A stretch of 52,686 nt of DNA from assembly GCF_001194135.2 (NCBI RefSeq), contig NC_069005.1:35425799-35478484 (forward strand), in the 5' to 3' direction. A model generated the notes under the pieces. It was not told the origin of the DNA. It did not search any database and worked only from the letters and a program-made list of their open reading frames with translations. Position numbers and translations under genes: made by a program. The DNA is from Octopus bimaculoides (taxonomy: Eukaryota). This document shows positions 24,372 through 37,189 of the stretch, one piece after another (position 1 is the stretch's first letter; each line of letters opens with the position of its first letter).

Positions 24372-25233
24372 TTATTACCTCCGCCAAAGAAGGAGGTTAT
24401 GTTTTCATTGCCGTTGGTTTATCCGTCTGTCTGTCTGTATGCAAAATAACTCAAAAAGTTGTGAACGGTATTTGATGAAACTTGCAGGAAAAGTTGATAA
24501 TGACACAAGGAACAGATGATGAAATTTTGGTAGGGATCCAGGAATTTTTATGGATTCTTGAAGGTTTTTTCATTTGTTATATATACTATACATGAAGTAT
24601 TACGAGGTTACATTCTTTGATTATCTCCCTTGAAAACATCGCTTTCACGTAACCTATGGTGGCGTTGCTGTTTCCAAAGTTTATTTTTGTTTCACTATTA
24701 GTAATTTTACTTGTGTATCTATGGACTCTTGAGGGATGATTGATACTATACTGACCACAGAAGGATGTAAAGTAGGTAGGTAGGTTTAGTTTCATAAGTA
24801 GACAGATACCGCTTTTATCTTTGTCAGGGAATCATCTGACCATCGTCCTTGGTGTATTTCAACGTGGATCTCCTTGATTCCCCTAACCATAAGATCTTGA
24901 CAACTATGAACCAGTCTGGGTTCGACCAACTAGTCCAAAAACCCACCACCGACTATGGAAACCTGCTAGATCATGTTTATGTGAACCAGGATAGGCGTCC
25001 ACAAGTCACTGTAACCAACTGTTACTTTTCTGACCATGATGTTATGTGTGTATCACTCAAACTAGCTTGCTGTTGTCATTGATGTATTATAACTGGTTCA
25101 GATGATTCCTGTTTGTAAAGTTATGTTCTTGTCGACATTGGTTTGGGAAATTGGGCAATTTTCAGCATGCGTGTGTATGGGTGGAAATGAGCTGCTTGGC
25201 GGAGGTCTGCGCTCTCCAAGTGCTTTTCTAGTT
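24372..25233 (+). mobile_element. Helentron deletion derivative with AP-endonuclease remnant
   Basis: Subterminal inverted repeats acctccgccaa (24377-24387) and ttggcggaggt (25196-25206); 3' stem-loop gcgct-ctcca-agtgc, then ttttctagtt; internal GGVAV...FNVDLL...LLDHVYVN...FSDHD. Confidence 0.8.
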
Positions 25234-25929
25234 CAAATATACATTTGTGTCAACCTGTAACAGATAAGAAAAAAAGAAAAACAACAGTCAAAACCAAAAC
25301 CATGCTATGGGCTTAGAGAAGTACATTTTAAAAGACACTGGCCTTTTAAACTGCAAATTTTTGAAAATTTTGTTCCATAAAAAGCTTCCCCTCTTCATTT
25401 TCAGGGCTGCAATGGAAAAAATGGGCAAAATTTCCATCAAAATGGAGAAAATTGATGTGGGCATGCTGTCAGATTTTAATTAAAACTATATGCAAAGAAA
25501 GTTTATATCCAAAGTTTTCAAATGATATATAACTTTCCATGAAAATGATAAAGTATAAAATGTGTTTTTCTCCAGTGTATGATGCTCTATTATTACTTAA
25601 CCTTTACGATCAGCCAGACTCAATTTTTGGGTCATCATGATTGCAGTATATTTGTAGATGTTAAAATAGAGTTGCCTCCCTTCGCTCAGTCATTCTGATC
25701 ACTCAACTGTAAATTTTTTGTTTATATTCAGCATTCTATATTATGATGAATATATCCAAATTTCTTTTCTTTTTTTTATATTTCCATATACTTTTGGTGG
25801 CTTTCAGTGTGACTGTATGAAGATGTGTAATTTCTTTAACCACTACCATTTTAGATGTGTAAATTTATCATAATTATCACATCTGCTTTCTAAACTGACA
25901 GAATCCAACAAGCTGGAGGCTCACATCTT

Positions 25930-26840
25930 AATCCAGGGTTTTAGTTGTCATAATTGTTATGGCTGGGTGCCCATTCTAATTCTAACTACTTTACAGAGTG
26001 TACTGGATGCTGTTTTCCATAGTGCCAACACTAGTGAGATCACCTTGTAACTTGCAAGACTTAGAAGCATCCTTGAGCAAAAGAAGACAGGAGACATGGT
26101 AATCTCTTTAAGCTCGGCATTTTGAGGTTCAAGTAGGATCAGAGAAGCAAAAAGAGATTTACTATTCTCAAAGAGTTTTTCATGGCTACATTGCTTTTTC
26201 CATTGGTGAATGGGGAAATTGATGTGATAAATGTCCAAAAAGAAGAATAGAAGAGAACATGTATGCAGAAAAGGAAGGTGGATAAGGCTGTAAATGTACA
26301 TAGTGGATGGATGTAGTAAATGGTGAACATAGGGTTGGAGTGGTAAATATGAGTGGGAGGACAATGATAAAATTGAGTATTGGATGGTGATACTGTATTC
26401 TATACAACAAATTCTGCTTTCACTACTTGCAGCAGCAGAATAATACAGGGAGATGACAGGTGGATTAAGAGAATAACAGGGAGATGACAGGTGGATTAAA
26501 AGGTTTCTAGTGGCTGGGGGTGAGGTGGGGGGAGATTACTATAAAGAAGAGTAGAGGATAGTTGATAAAAATGAGAAATGGATGTTAATAAGAAGTAGCT
26601 CAAGGAGTGACCCAGTTATCTGGGTGGGAAAAGAAACAGCATTTACATACTTGCTAGGGCCCCTTTGTGTGCATACACATTATGCTTTTAGAGCCTTGTT
26701 CATGTCGTGCTAGCATAACTGGGTGAGCATTTTTGAGTGCACCACTTATCATCTTGGTCCTTTGTCTTCTCCTCCTTGAGGTTCAACTTCCTGAAATCAG
26801 CCTTCACCATTCTCGAATACCTTTGAAATCCCACCAGATG
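25930..26840 (-). mobile_element. RTE LINE 3' UTR/ORF end, decayed; contains a 31-bp tandem duplication (26445-26499)
   Basis: actttacagagtgtactggatgc motif shared with other RTE 3' ends; acagggagatgacaggtggattaa repeated with period 31. Confidence 0.55.
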
Positions 26841-27512
26841 CAAAACATAACATTTTTTGCTTAAATGTTCCACCGCAGTTGTTGTTTTGGTGGATTCTCA
26901 TGTGAACCCCAGGATCTTTAATGCACTATGTTATCATAGACAATCCATTCAACTGTCACTTCACAAAAAAGGGTCAGTTTCACTATGTTTTAAGAGTCTA
27001 TCATAGAATACCAGTTTATGCAGTGTTTCTCTAACAGGTTATGAGGGATTTGTACATCATAGTGGGAAATATACTTAAGTTTCACTAAGTGTTTATGAAC
27101 AATATTTTGGAACTTCCAACATCTCTGCAAGCCCCGCTGTGATTTTGATGTTGGTTTCAATATTTACCTTCAAAAATCATCATCTAACTCTGAAGGTTTT
27201 CATGAATAGCTTGCATCTTCTAAGCTGAAATCCTACAGCACATTCACCATACACTTCACAAAAGGTTTTACATATTTCTGCAGCATTTTCAAGGAAGTAA
27301 AGCATCACATGCTGCAGCTGCAACTTTTCATTGTCCACTTTTGACCTTGATATGGGTTGATGAAAGTAAGATTTCTACTGATTTTTAGTTTGACACAACT
27401 GGCAGCTTAACACACTGCAAGTAATGTCAACGTATCAGTTGTACTAACATTTATAACTGTTATATGAAGTGTGTAAAGATTGCTCAGAATTTTCTGGATG
27501 ACCCAGTATATA

Positions 27513-28085
27513 TCATCACGTTATGTCCATTTTCCATTATGGCATGGGTAGGATGGTTTGACAGGCGCTGACCAGCTGAAGGGCTGTTCAGGCTTCACGT
27601 CTGTTTAAACATGGTTTCTATGGCTGGATGCCCTTCTAAATGCCAACCACTTTACAGAAAGTGTACTGGGTGCTTTTCATGTGGCACCAGCACTTAGGAG
27701 CCTGCAAGATTAGGGACACTCAGCTGAAGAGGGTCGCAAGGGATGAGAGCCTGTTATGCAAAGGCAACCATGCTTTTACTTAATTTGACATGTCTTTCTA
27801 TGCATGGCAAACCGCCAGGGGTCTCCATAACTTTGTCATCCCCTCTGTGGGTCCCAATGTTTGTAGATCCTTTCTCACCACTTCATCCCACATCTTCCTG
27901 AGTCTATCCTTTCTACATGTCCCCTCTAATATTAGGGATCAGCCTTCCTTGATGCAACTGTCCTCATTCATATGTATTACATGGTCATACCAGCACAGTC
28001 TTCTCTCTTGCATACTACATCTGATGTTATGTATACCCAGTTTCTCTCACCAATCACTTACACTCTGTCGTATATGCACTTTCCA
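27513..28085 (-). mobile_element. RTE LINE 3' end including ORF2 C-terminus
   Basis: EKLGIHNIRCSMQERRLCWYDHVIHM...RLRKMWDEVVRKDL, then 3' UTR and (ATG)n tail. Confidence 0.85.
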
Positions 28086-29320
28086 AGGTATGGTACCAAA
28101 CCTACTTGGAATGATGCGGTCCTAAAAATAAAAGTAATTCAATATTTTGAAGATTTGGGAATTTACCAAAAACTTTAAATGACTATAAAATCTGATTGGT
28201 AACAGATATGGAGCTGACATTTTCAGAAATTACTTCTTTCATGGATACTAATATAAGGTGTAAATTTGAAGAAAATCTGAGAATCTTCACAATGAACCCT
28301 TATTGAATTTCACTGAAATGATCCTATTTTGATCAAGAGTTGGCCCAGATAACTCTTTCCACTAAAAAATCAGGAATTTTTAATGAAACACACCCAGCTT
28401 CAACTATTTGCATAGACCCCTCTACTATCTACTTGCTATATGGTAGATCATAACCCTAACCCTAACCCTTACCCTAAATGTAAAGTCACCAGATTGGATA
28501 ATAATTTTCTTCAGTTGGTGTGAAAAGAATGGCATTTCTAAGATTCTGGTAGAAAAAAAAATAGAGTTTCTTACATTGAGTGAAGAGTTTATGTTTACTG
28601 AGAGGAGAAGATGCATACACAATAGAGGCAAGTGAAATTTAATGATTCAGTAATTGACATTGGAGAGCAACTCATTTGGCCTTTCAGCGTGGTTTTTTGT
28701 TGTTTTTTTTTTGATTGCAAAGCCAGCACTACAATATGTCACTCTCTTGTTTTTCATCCATCAGTTTGCTATCCTCAAAGAAATGCCTTTGTGAAATCTA
28801 CAAATATAATTGGTACTTTTACTTAAAAATTTTAAGGGTCTGTGATTCTTTTAAAGACAAAAATTTGTGGTTATCATAAACTACCTTTGCAGAAGGGATT
28901 CTATTTACATTGTAAGATGGTGACCAATATGAAAAAAAATTCTTTTAAGGAACATAGAGTTGTAGATAATAGAGTAAGTGTAATTCCTCTAGTTCTGCAG
29001 CAGGAAGTGGAATAATTGAAGACTTTGCTGTAGACTGTTGGTTTGCTTCCTTTATAGGTGTTGTTACAGATGTTTGTAGAAGATTGGACTCTTCTTATAG
29101 ATGATGACCTGGATATTATCTGGACTTTTGCCTTGATGTTTCTTGACTCAACAGAAATTTCAAATATTATTTAAAATCAAATGCATAAACAATATTTATT
29201 TCAATATCAGTGTCATCAGTCAACTTTTATGTGATCCAGTGTTTTGTATCAGGATTATTGGTTCAGGTGAACTTAATGTAGAAGCAAGTTGCCAATTTCC
29301 TGGAATTTCTTGAATGAACT

Positions 29321-29407
29321 GAAGTGGTTCCCTTCAGGGGCAGCATTTCTGTTAGTGCTGAAGTGGTTCCCTTCAGGGGCAGCATTTCTGTTAGTGCTGA
29401 AGTGGTT
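29321..29407. repeat. 39-bp tandem repeat x2.2
   Basis: gaagtggttcccttcaggggcagcatttctgttagtgct is exactly duplicated at 29321 and 29360. Confidence 0.95.
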
Positions 29408-29449
29408 GCCTTTGTTTCAGTATTGTTTTCAATTTTTTTTTTTTTCTAG

Positions 29450-29570
29450 AAGATGATGAAGATGTAATTCAAAAGACACCAGATCGAGAAGAAGTTGACC
29501 CTAATGCTGGAAGGTTTGTACGATACCATTTCACACCACAGTTTTTAAGACTGAAAACTGTTGGAGCAAC
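29450..29570 (+). CDS. unc-119: UNC-119 homolog, exon 3 (121 nt)
   Basis: Poly-T and CTAG acceptor; [24 protein letters not shown](T); GTAAG donor at 29571. Confidence 0.97.
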
Positions 29571-30099
29571 GTAAGTAAAATTGCTTTTGTAAGAATAATG
29601 TTAAAACTGATAGCACTTCTATAAATGTGCATGTAACATAATTGCTTGCAAGAAAACTCTTGATATTACCACAGTTCATCAAATTGTTTATAAAGGTATT
29701 TGTAGGAAGTTAATGTCTGCAAATGATTATATATCATCATCATCATCATCTTATGTCCAGTTTCCCTGCGAGTTTCGTTGGATGGATTGTCACAATCTGA
29801 GTTGGTATTGTTCAGAGTTATTGTCCTCTTAGAGGAATTAGGGGACTGTGTCTCACTCATGTATTCTTATTTTTGAATGGTTTCTATACTTGATGTCTTT
29901 CCTAACAGCATCACTTACAAAGGTACAGAGTGTACTAGCAATAGAGAAGTTGTCATGTCCTCAGTTTGAAACAGAAGAATTCTCTCTGTTCCACATTATC
30001 TTCATTGGTTCATTAACCACTGTACAATGTGTATTCAGTGCATTTTATTAAAGCAACGTCACTAAAGAATATGCCTCGTTCTTTTGTTCTAAATAATCT

Positions 30100-31470
30100 T
30101 TTTTTGTTAAGGTATGTGTGTGATCAAGCATATGAATAAAAGAGAGTAAGAAACTCTTGAGTGTGAAAGAGTAGAGAGTATGAATATGATGATGGAAAAC
30201 AGTGATTGGGTAACAAGGACTCGATAAATGGAAGAGAGGGATGATGATAGCTAGATGTTATTGGTAAAATGCTTACATAAAGTATGAGTGATGAGGAAGC
30301 AATAAAGATGAATGATAGAGTTATGGTTAGATATGGAGATGGATGATGTGAGATTGGTAGGTTTCAATGAAGAGTTATGTGAAGAAAAATTAAGTGATGG
30401 TAGAAGATACTAGAGACAGTTCAAAGATTCAAAACTATCCCTCATAAAACAAGTGTCATGGTGGAAAAAAAAAAGGGTAGAGTAATAGAGGTGTGTTGGT
30501 AGAAGGAGTAGAGTAGTATTGGGGTGATGGTGGAAGTAAAGAAATAGATGTGTGATGGAAGAGGGATTGAATATGGACATATCAAATGCCATCCTCCATT
30601 ACACCAGCAGCATGATATAATAAATGGGATGCATGGTGGTAGATGGGACCGTAATGGTTAGGGCAGTAGAATGGGATTTAACAAGAGTATAATGAGTGAG
30701 AAACCCATATCATCTCAACTTCTGTCACCATTATTTTAACTACAGTTTTGTTATTCTTGCACCTGTGACCAAGTTTTCTTTAGCAGCATGCATTGCCACT
30801 TACCATAGTTCTTTGTCACCTCCTTTGTGAGGTTCACCATTTTGGAATCTTCAGCACTATCCCTTGCTAGGTCTTTGTTTTCCATAGGTTTCACCCATTT
30901 CAAGAGCTTGGCATTTCCTTAAACATCTTCCATAAGTATTGTGTGCCTATACCAGCATACTTTTCTCTTGCACACAGCATTTGATTCTTACATTCAGCTT
31001 TTTTTCTTAACTCATTTCTGCTCAGCCATCTGTGCATATTACATGCCCAGCAAAGTAGACGCATTTGTTTTATACATAGTTGTCATACAATCTTTTCATC
31101 AATCTGAATAAGAAACCCTTTGTTACAAGTAAAAGTAACAGATCCCTGAACTTCTGCGCCATTCTTACTCTTATTACTTTGCTCAGAACACCCACATCCT
31201 CTCCTAATTAGGTCACAAGATAACAAAAACCATCCGTTTGAAACCTCTATAGTTGTCTCACCCCAGTACATTGCCTCTGCTACACCAGTCATTAAGCAGA
31301 CAACTTCCTTTACTATCTGAGTGACGATCATATGACCTGTTTGCTAGATGTTTTCAGCCTCTCAACAATTAACCCTGATGCTCCAATTACCTTTGTTTTC
31401 TAAATTGTGCTTTTAACTTCAGTACTGGTCCCTCTCTTGCATCTTCTTAGCCTAGGCCCTCCTTACTGCT
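30100..31470 (-). mobile_element. RTE LINE ORF2 C-terminal half and 3' UTR, decayed
   Basis: DGFCYL...RVRMAQKFRDLLLLLVTKGF...RLYD, the RTE motif FCYLG...KFRELLPLL.TKG.SL. Confidence 0.65.
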
Positions 31471-31492
31471 TTTTTAACTTTTCTACATTTTA

Positions 31493-32734
31493 TTGGGTCA
31501 TCCCATAAATACTGAGGATAAACTACTTGCATCAACTTGCTATAAAAGCAGGAAGTATATTTACCTTGTACTTATTCTTAGTGCAAGTTTTGAAGAGTGC
31601 AGTTTGATATTAACAGTTATTTTCTCAAAGTTATAATGGAAGTGACAAAGGTGCATATTTGGCATATTTTGCTTTATGAGTTCAATAAAGGCAACAATGC
31701 AACAGAAAGTGCAAGGAATATTAATGCAGTATATGGGGATGAGAGAATAAGCATAAGCCAGTGTCAACAATGATTCCAGTAGTTTGAGCCAGAAACTACT
31801 ATTTAGAAGACGAGCCACATATGGAAGATCTGTAGATCTCAATGAAGATGTCCTGCAAACCCTGGTGGAACAAAATCCCATCGTAATTGTTGAGGAACTA
31901 GCAGAGAGGCTTGGATTTGCTCATTCAACCATTCATCGACACCTGAATGGCATTGGAAAAGTCAGCAAATTGGGTCAATGGGTTCCTCACAGACTTTCTG
32001 AGTCTAATTGCATGCAGAGAGTGAATGTGCCCTTTTCTTTGCTGTCTCATCTCACGAATGAACCTTTTTTGGACTGAATAGTGACTGGTGATGAGAAATG
32101 GGTTCTCTATAAAAATGTCAAGCGCTGAAGACAGAGGAAAGGAGAAACACCGGCAACCCAGGTTAAAGAAGATCTTCAATCACGTAAAGTGTTGTTATCT
32201 GTTTGGTAGGATATGAAAGGCTTACCTCACTTTGGACTTTTAAACCCAAACCAAATGATAACAAAGGAGATCTACTGTAAGCAGCTTGAACAGCTTAAGT
32301 CAGTGCCAGAAGAAAAACGACCATCTGTGGTTTCAAGACGAAAGGTGTTCTTCCATCAGGATAATGCTCAGCCACATACAGCAAGGATGACATTCCAAAG
32401 GCTGGAGCAGTTTTAATGGGAAACGATGCCCCATCCACCATATTTGCCAGACATTAATTACCCCATCTCATTATCATTTATTCTGCAGTCATCAAAATCA
32501 TTTGGATAGAAAAAAATCTGAATTCTGTAGACAAGGTCAGAACAATACTGGAGGAGTATTTTTCATCACGGACAAGTGAATTTTAGAAAAGGGGCCTTGC
32601 AAGTCTACAAGATAGATGGAAGAGCATTGTAGAAAATGATGGAGAGTATATTTCAGATTAAAAAAGAACTTTATCTTAATTTTGAGAAATAAAAGAAGTA
32701 TAAAAAAGAACACATCATTTATGGAATGACTCAG
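31493..32734 (+). mobile_element. Full-length decayed mariner (DD34D) transposon, 1242 bp, TA target-site duplication
   Basis: TA|TTGGGTCATCCCATAAAT at left versus reverse complement TA|CTGAGTCATTCCATAAAT at right; ATG at 31636; WVPHRL, TGDEKW, HQDNAQPH and HPPYLPD motifs with stops and frameshifts. Confidence 0.93.
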
Positions 32735-34369
32735 TATATTAAAGTAGTTCACAAACTGTAATACTCTCCACCATTATTTCTTTTAACACATCTACAAATA
32801 TCTGTTATATTGAGCCTTCCTTCAACTTTAGCATTTAAACTTATGAAATATGTTCACTGGAATAAACTAAATTGCTACAGTTGCTAATTTGTGATAGGTT
32901 TCATGTAGCAGGAGTTCAGACTATAGCTAACATAAAAGCTCTTGGTGGTGGTGGTGACACTGGTAATGGCAGCAATTTTCCAAGTACTCTTGTTAAATTT
33001 GTTCAACTGAATATTGCTTGTATGCATCTTTTATTAACATATTTTATTTCTATTCCTTACTCCATTTAAATTCTATACTGAATGCTTAGTATAACTCCTA
33101 TTTTACATGTGTATCCTCAAGTAACTGTCGTCTGTTGTGTGAATACACCAAATCTCTATCTTTGCTCACTCTTCGACATCATTCAAAACAAGTTGTTTCA
33201 CTACAGACGCTCACTATTGATTTTGGTTATTCATCAGTTGTGTCTACATAATATAAATGCAGCATCATGCCATTCTCACTGTTGCTAAGTACTGCATTAA
33301 TAAAACAGTTTGTTGCTATTAGCAAACTACCTGCTAATGTCAAGCCAACATGGGATCCTGTAGGTAGTAACTCGAAGTGCTAAAAATAGCAGCCAAATCT
33401 TCCTCAAATGACATCCTATCATCTTAATGTAATCAGAGCCATGATTCTGGTTTCTGGTTTGTTTGTGCATAGGAAAAAGATGAAATAGCCATGGTTGAAA
33501 TACTTTGATTATAGGTCTACTATAACCTGAGCTAATGTGTGTGTGTGTGGGGGGGGGGGCTTATCAACAACAGTTTAATAATATATATATTATTGTTGTT
33601 GCCATAGTCATAGACTATCTGTATTGTAACTAATTTCATATTAGTCATAAATATGGTTCATTATGCTTTGTTTTTGCCATCATTTTACTTACTTTAAGTT
33701 TACTCAGTGTGTGTGTGATAGTTTGTGATAATTTTGACTTAGGTGAGTCACCGAGGGAACTGTTTTTTCTAACTCAAAAGTTTTTTTTTTTCCTATTTTC
33801 ACTGGAGGAAAAGGGCTATACTCATAACATTTGTGAACTGGCATAAATACAGTTAACGTTTCCTTTCGAATATTAATGGCTGCTAAACAAAAATATTTGC
33901 TGCTGGGGTTTGCTGGAGAGCCAACATTCTTGAAAGCAGGATCAGATGTTTTAGTTGGTACAAAGCATGAAAGTTGGGAACAATGTGAATGAGAAGAAGC
34001 AAGCGAGTTGGAAGTATTGGTTATGGATGTTTTACTTCTATGACAAGATATATAATTTTCATTGAACTTATCAACTAAGCTAACATTAGAGTCAAAACCA
34101 GTTAATAAATATTGAGGCTATAGTTGAATGAATGGATCCTTGTATACTACTTATGCCTGTTTGATATATCTGGAAGATAATGACTGTGGTAAAAATCCAC
34201 TTGGATGTGAACTTGAAAATCTGAGAAAGTACATTGTGTTCTACGAATTGCTACCACCTACACCTTATTCAGTCTGTCTTAGATCAGCACAAATAAGACT
34301 GGTCTCAGTACAGTTGTTTCCCATCATAATATAAACTATTAATAAACTACACACTAGTTCCTCTGATTT

Positions 34370-34633
34370 CATCATCATCATCATCGTTTAATATCCGTTT
34401 TCTATGCTGGCATGGGTTGGATGATTTGACTGAGGTTTGTAGAGCCAGCGGCTGCACCAGGGTCCAATCTGATCAGGAAATGTTTCTACAGCTGGATGTC
34501 CTTCCTTATACTAACCACTCCAAGAGTGTAGTGGGTGCTTTTTACGTGCCACCAGCACATTCGGATAGTGCTTTTTACATGCCACCAGCATGGGAGCCAG
34601 TCAGGGGGTACTGGCATCAGCCACACTTGGATG

Positions 34634-34638
<5 letters not shown>
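34370..34638 (-). mobile_element. RTE LINE 3' end
   Basis: (cat)n tail plus ctacagctggatgtccttcc motif; internal duplication of gtgctttttac(g/a)tgccaccagca. Confidence 0.8.
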
Positions 34639-34691
<53 letters not shown>

Positions 34692-35054
34692 TCATCATCA
34701 CCATCATTGGGCTGTTATTGATGTGATCAATTCAATTCTTCAAAATGGTTCCACAGCATGGCTAAAATCCAGTAACTAAAACAAGTAGAAAAATGCGTGT
34801 GTTTGTATCTCCTTGCCTTGACATCACAATAGAACTGTAATTGAGTGTTATACTGATACAGATAGTGTTTATTTGCAATACTCCATCATAACATGTCTGG
34901 CTGCAGGGAAAATATTACTTTATTTGGAAACAGGTGATAGTTAGCAACCAGAAGGACATCTAGCAGGACATCTGACTCATCTAATCAAGGGAAAGTGGAT
35001 ATTAAAATAAAGATGATGATCTCACACACAAAATGTAGAAAAAAAAAAAAAAAA

Positions 35055-37189
35055 ACTTCTAACTATGCAGAAAGTTTTACAAAACCCTTTATATTTCAGG
35101 CCCAAGTGCCCGTCTTCAGAAGGAGGCAATCCAAGAAATGTCTAGTTACATCGATTTCATTATTTTATTTAAATTGCTTGGTGTTTGGGTTTGCAGCAAC
35201 AGCAGCAACAACTTTGCAATTGTTGGTCACGGTTGCTGTGACATATTTTCACGTGGTGGTAGGTGGTATTAATGGCAGATTTTCTGATGTTGGTCAGATT
35301 TAATATGATGTATTCATAGGAGCCACTGGCTGATCTCCAATTGACTATTGGTTTTTCAAGTTGAGGCAGTAGATCAATTTAGCTTTTTTGATATTAAGAC
35401 GTCTTGTGTTCCTCTTCAAGGCTAGAATGGAGGTTTCTGTCTCTTTGGTTAAGTGCTTCTGGAAGGAAAATGCATCTAGTGCGGTGCTCCTTTCCTCAGG
35501 CATGGAGCGGTTGGACTGTGCTACTGATGTAATACTTGTTGCATATGGTACACTATGTGTGTTGACACATGTTAAAGGTTGTTGTTCTGCATGTGACTGC
35601 CTTGTTGATAGGTGTTTACATAGTGATGGTCCTGTAGGATGTCAAGGCCCTCCCTACAGATGATCTTGTGGTGGTCCTCATGAAAGTGGGGTATCTTTAA
35701 GAAGCAAATCTTAGAGATCTTCTTTCCACATTTATTTGGCTTGTATTCACATATAGAGTTAACAACAGACATCGGATATCTCTTGGTCTCAAGTACTTTT
35801 AGGAACTGAACAACGTGTGTCATTGCATCTTCTGTGTATCCAGGCCATCTTGTTATGTATGTAGCTTATTTTAATCCTGATGGGGAAGGCCAACTGGTAG
35901 TGGATGAGAATGTCATAGCAGGCTGATTTTCAGTAGAACACCACATCAATTTTTCCCTTGTCTGTGATGTTTAGCTGATAGTCAAGCAAAGAGAGGAAGC
36001 CATCGCTGTTTGGATGTTCTATGATGAAGTTAATGTGTTGGTCCATCTTATTGAAATTCCTTAGTATTGTGGAGGCATCCTCATGTGATGGAGTGAGCAT
36101 GAGGATGTCATCCATATACTTGGTGAAGAAGGTGCATGAGAGGCAGGTACTGAGTGTCCTACACTTCAGCTAGTCTAAGTAACAGTGAGCAGGCCTGGGA
36201 GACTGGACTCTATAGGCAGGCCTGGACACTGTTTATACATGTTGCCAACTATCACTAACAATAGCTGGTGGATGCCAGAAGAGGAGGTAAGTCCAAAACA
36301 GTGTAAGTCTAAGGATCAGATCATCCATAGGAAAGGTAGGAACTGATGTGTATGGTGAGACCACATCTAAGCTGAAGGTATATCTGTTGCATTTGAGGGT
36401 GTCGGGTTCAAGACAGTGCTGTCATTGTATTACCTCATCCAGGCTGTTCACATAACCCAGGAAAGTTGACAGTGGTGGGGGGGTCTGAGAATTCTGGACA
36501 GGAGGTACATGATTTTGTAAAATGGCCCCTCTATGCCAGAAACTATGGGTCTGATGTGGAGGTCAAGTTACTGTTTATGTGCCTTGTTAAGAGGGTAAAA
36601 TGTAAGCATCCTACTATTGCATGTGGTGAAGTTCCTTTTGATCCACACTGGTTACAGATGTTGGTCCAGGTGTTGTAGATCAGCTCCTCGAGTACAGTCA
36701 CTGTGACTCCATTGACTTTAGTAAACATGTTGTTATTAAGGTATTGGAACACTAAATTGTTATATGTGTGCTGTGTAATGTGGTGATTTGTGTCCTAGAA
36801 AGGTTGGGTGAGAAGGAATTGGTATGTCTGCCCAGGATAGCGCAAATGGACTTCACCAAATGTGGCAACACCACCAAAGGGATAAACACCTCCATTCTAG
36901 CATCAGAGAGGAACACAGAAAATCTTCATTCAAAGAAGTTATACTGATCCATCACTTCAACCCCAAAATCAATATTTGATTGGAGATGGGTCAGAGGTTC
37001 CTATGAATACATCACTGTGACTACAACTAACAACATAACATATGCCACCACCACCACTGCATGAAAATATCACAACAACCCTAACCAACAGTTGGAGAGT
37101 TGCTGCTGCTAACCCAAACACCAAGCAGTTTAAATAAAATAATGAAATGTAAAGGTTTTTTTGTTAAACTTTCTGCATTGTTAGGAAGT
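35055..37189 (-). mobile_element. Penelope-like retroelement (RT + GIY-YIG), decayed, with inverted terminal repeats
   Basis: RT MDDILML...FNKMDQHINFIIEHPN..GFLSLLD; GIY-YIG-like CTICNKYYISST.QPLH; 35055-35270 is the reverse complement of 37041-37189 apart from a 61-nt deletion. Confidence 0.85.
35085..35124 (-). ncRNA. Minimal type I hammerhead ribozyme-like motif in the Penelope terminal repeat
   Basis: Minus strand reads tcctt-CTGAAGA-cgggcacttgggcct-GAAA-t-ATA-aaggg: stem I tcctt/aaggg, imperfect stem II, and palindromic ATAT stem III. Confidence 0.6.

Noticed and set aside
28451-28477. (TAACCC)n telomere-like repeat
   Set aside because: Only about 4 units; such tracts are common inside DNA-transposon derivatives and are not evidence of a chromosome fusion.
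8361-29407. Short tandem repeats considered as CRISPR-like arrays
   Set aside because: Units are directly adjacent with no unique spacers, there are no cas genes, and the context is eukaryotic.
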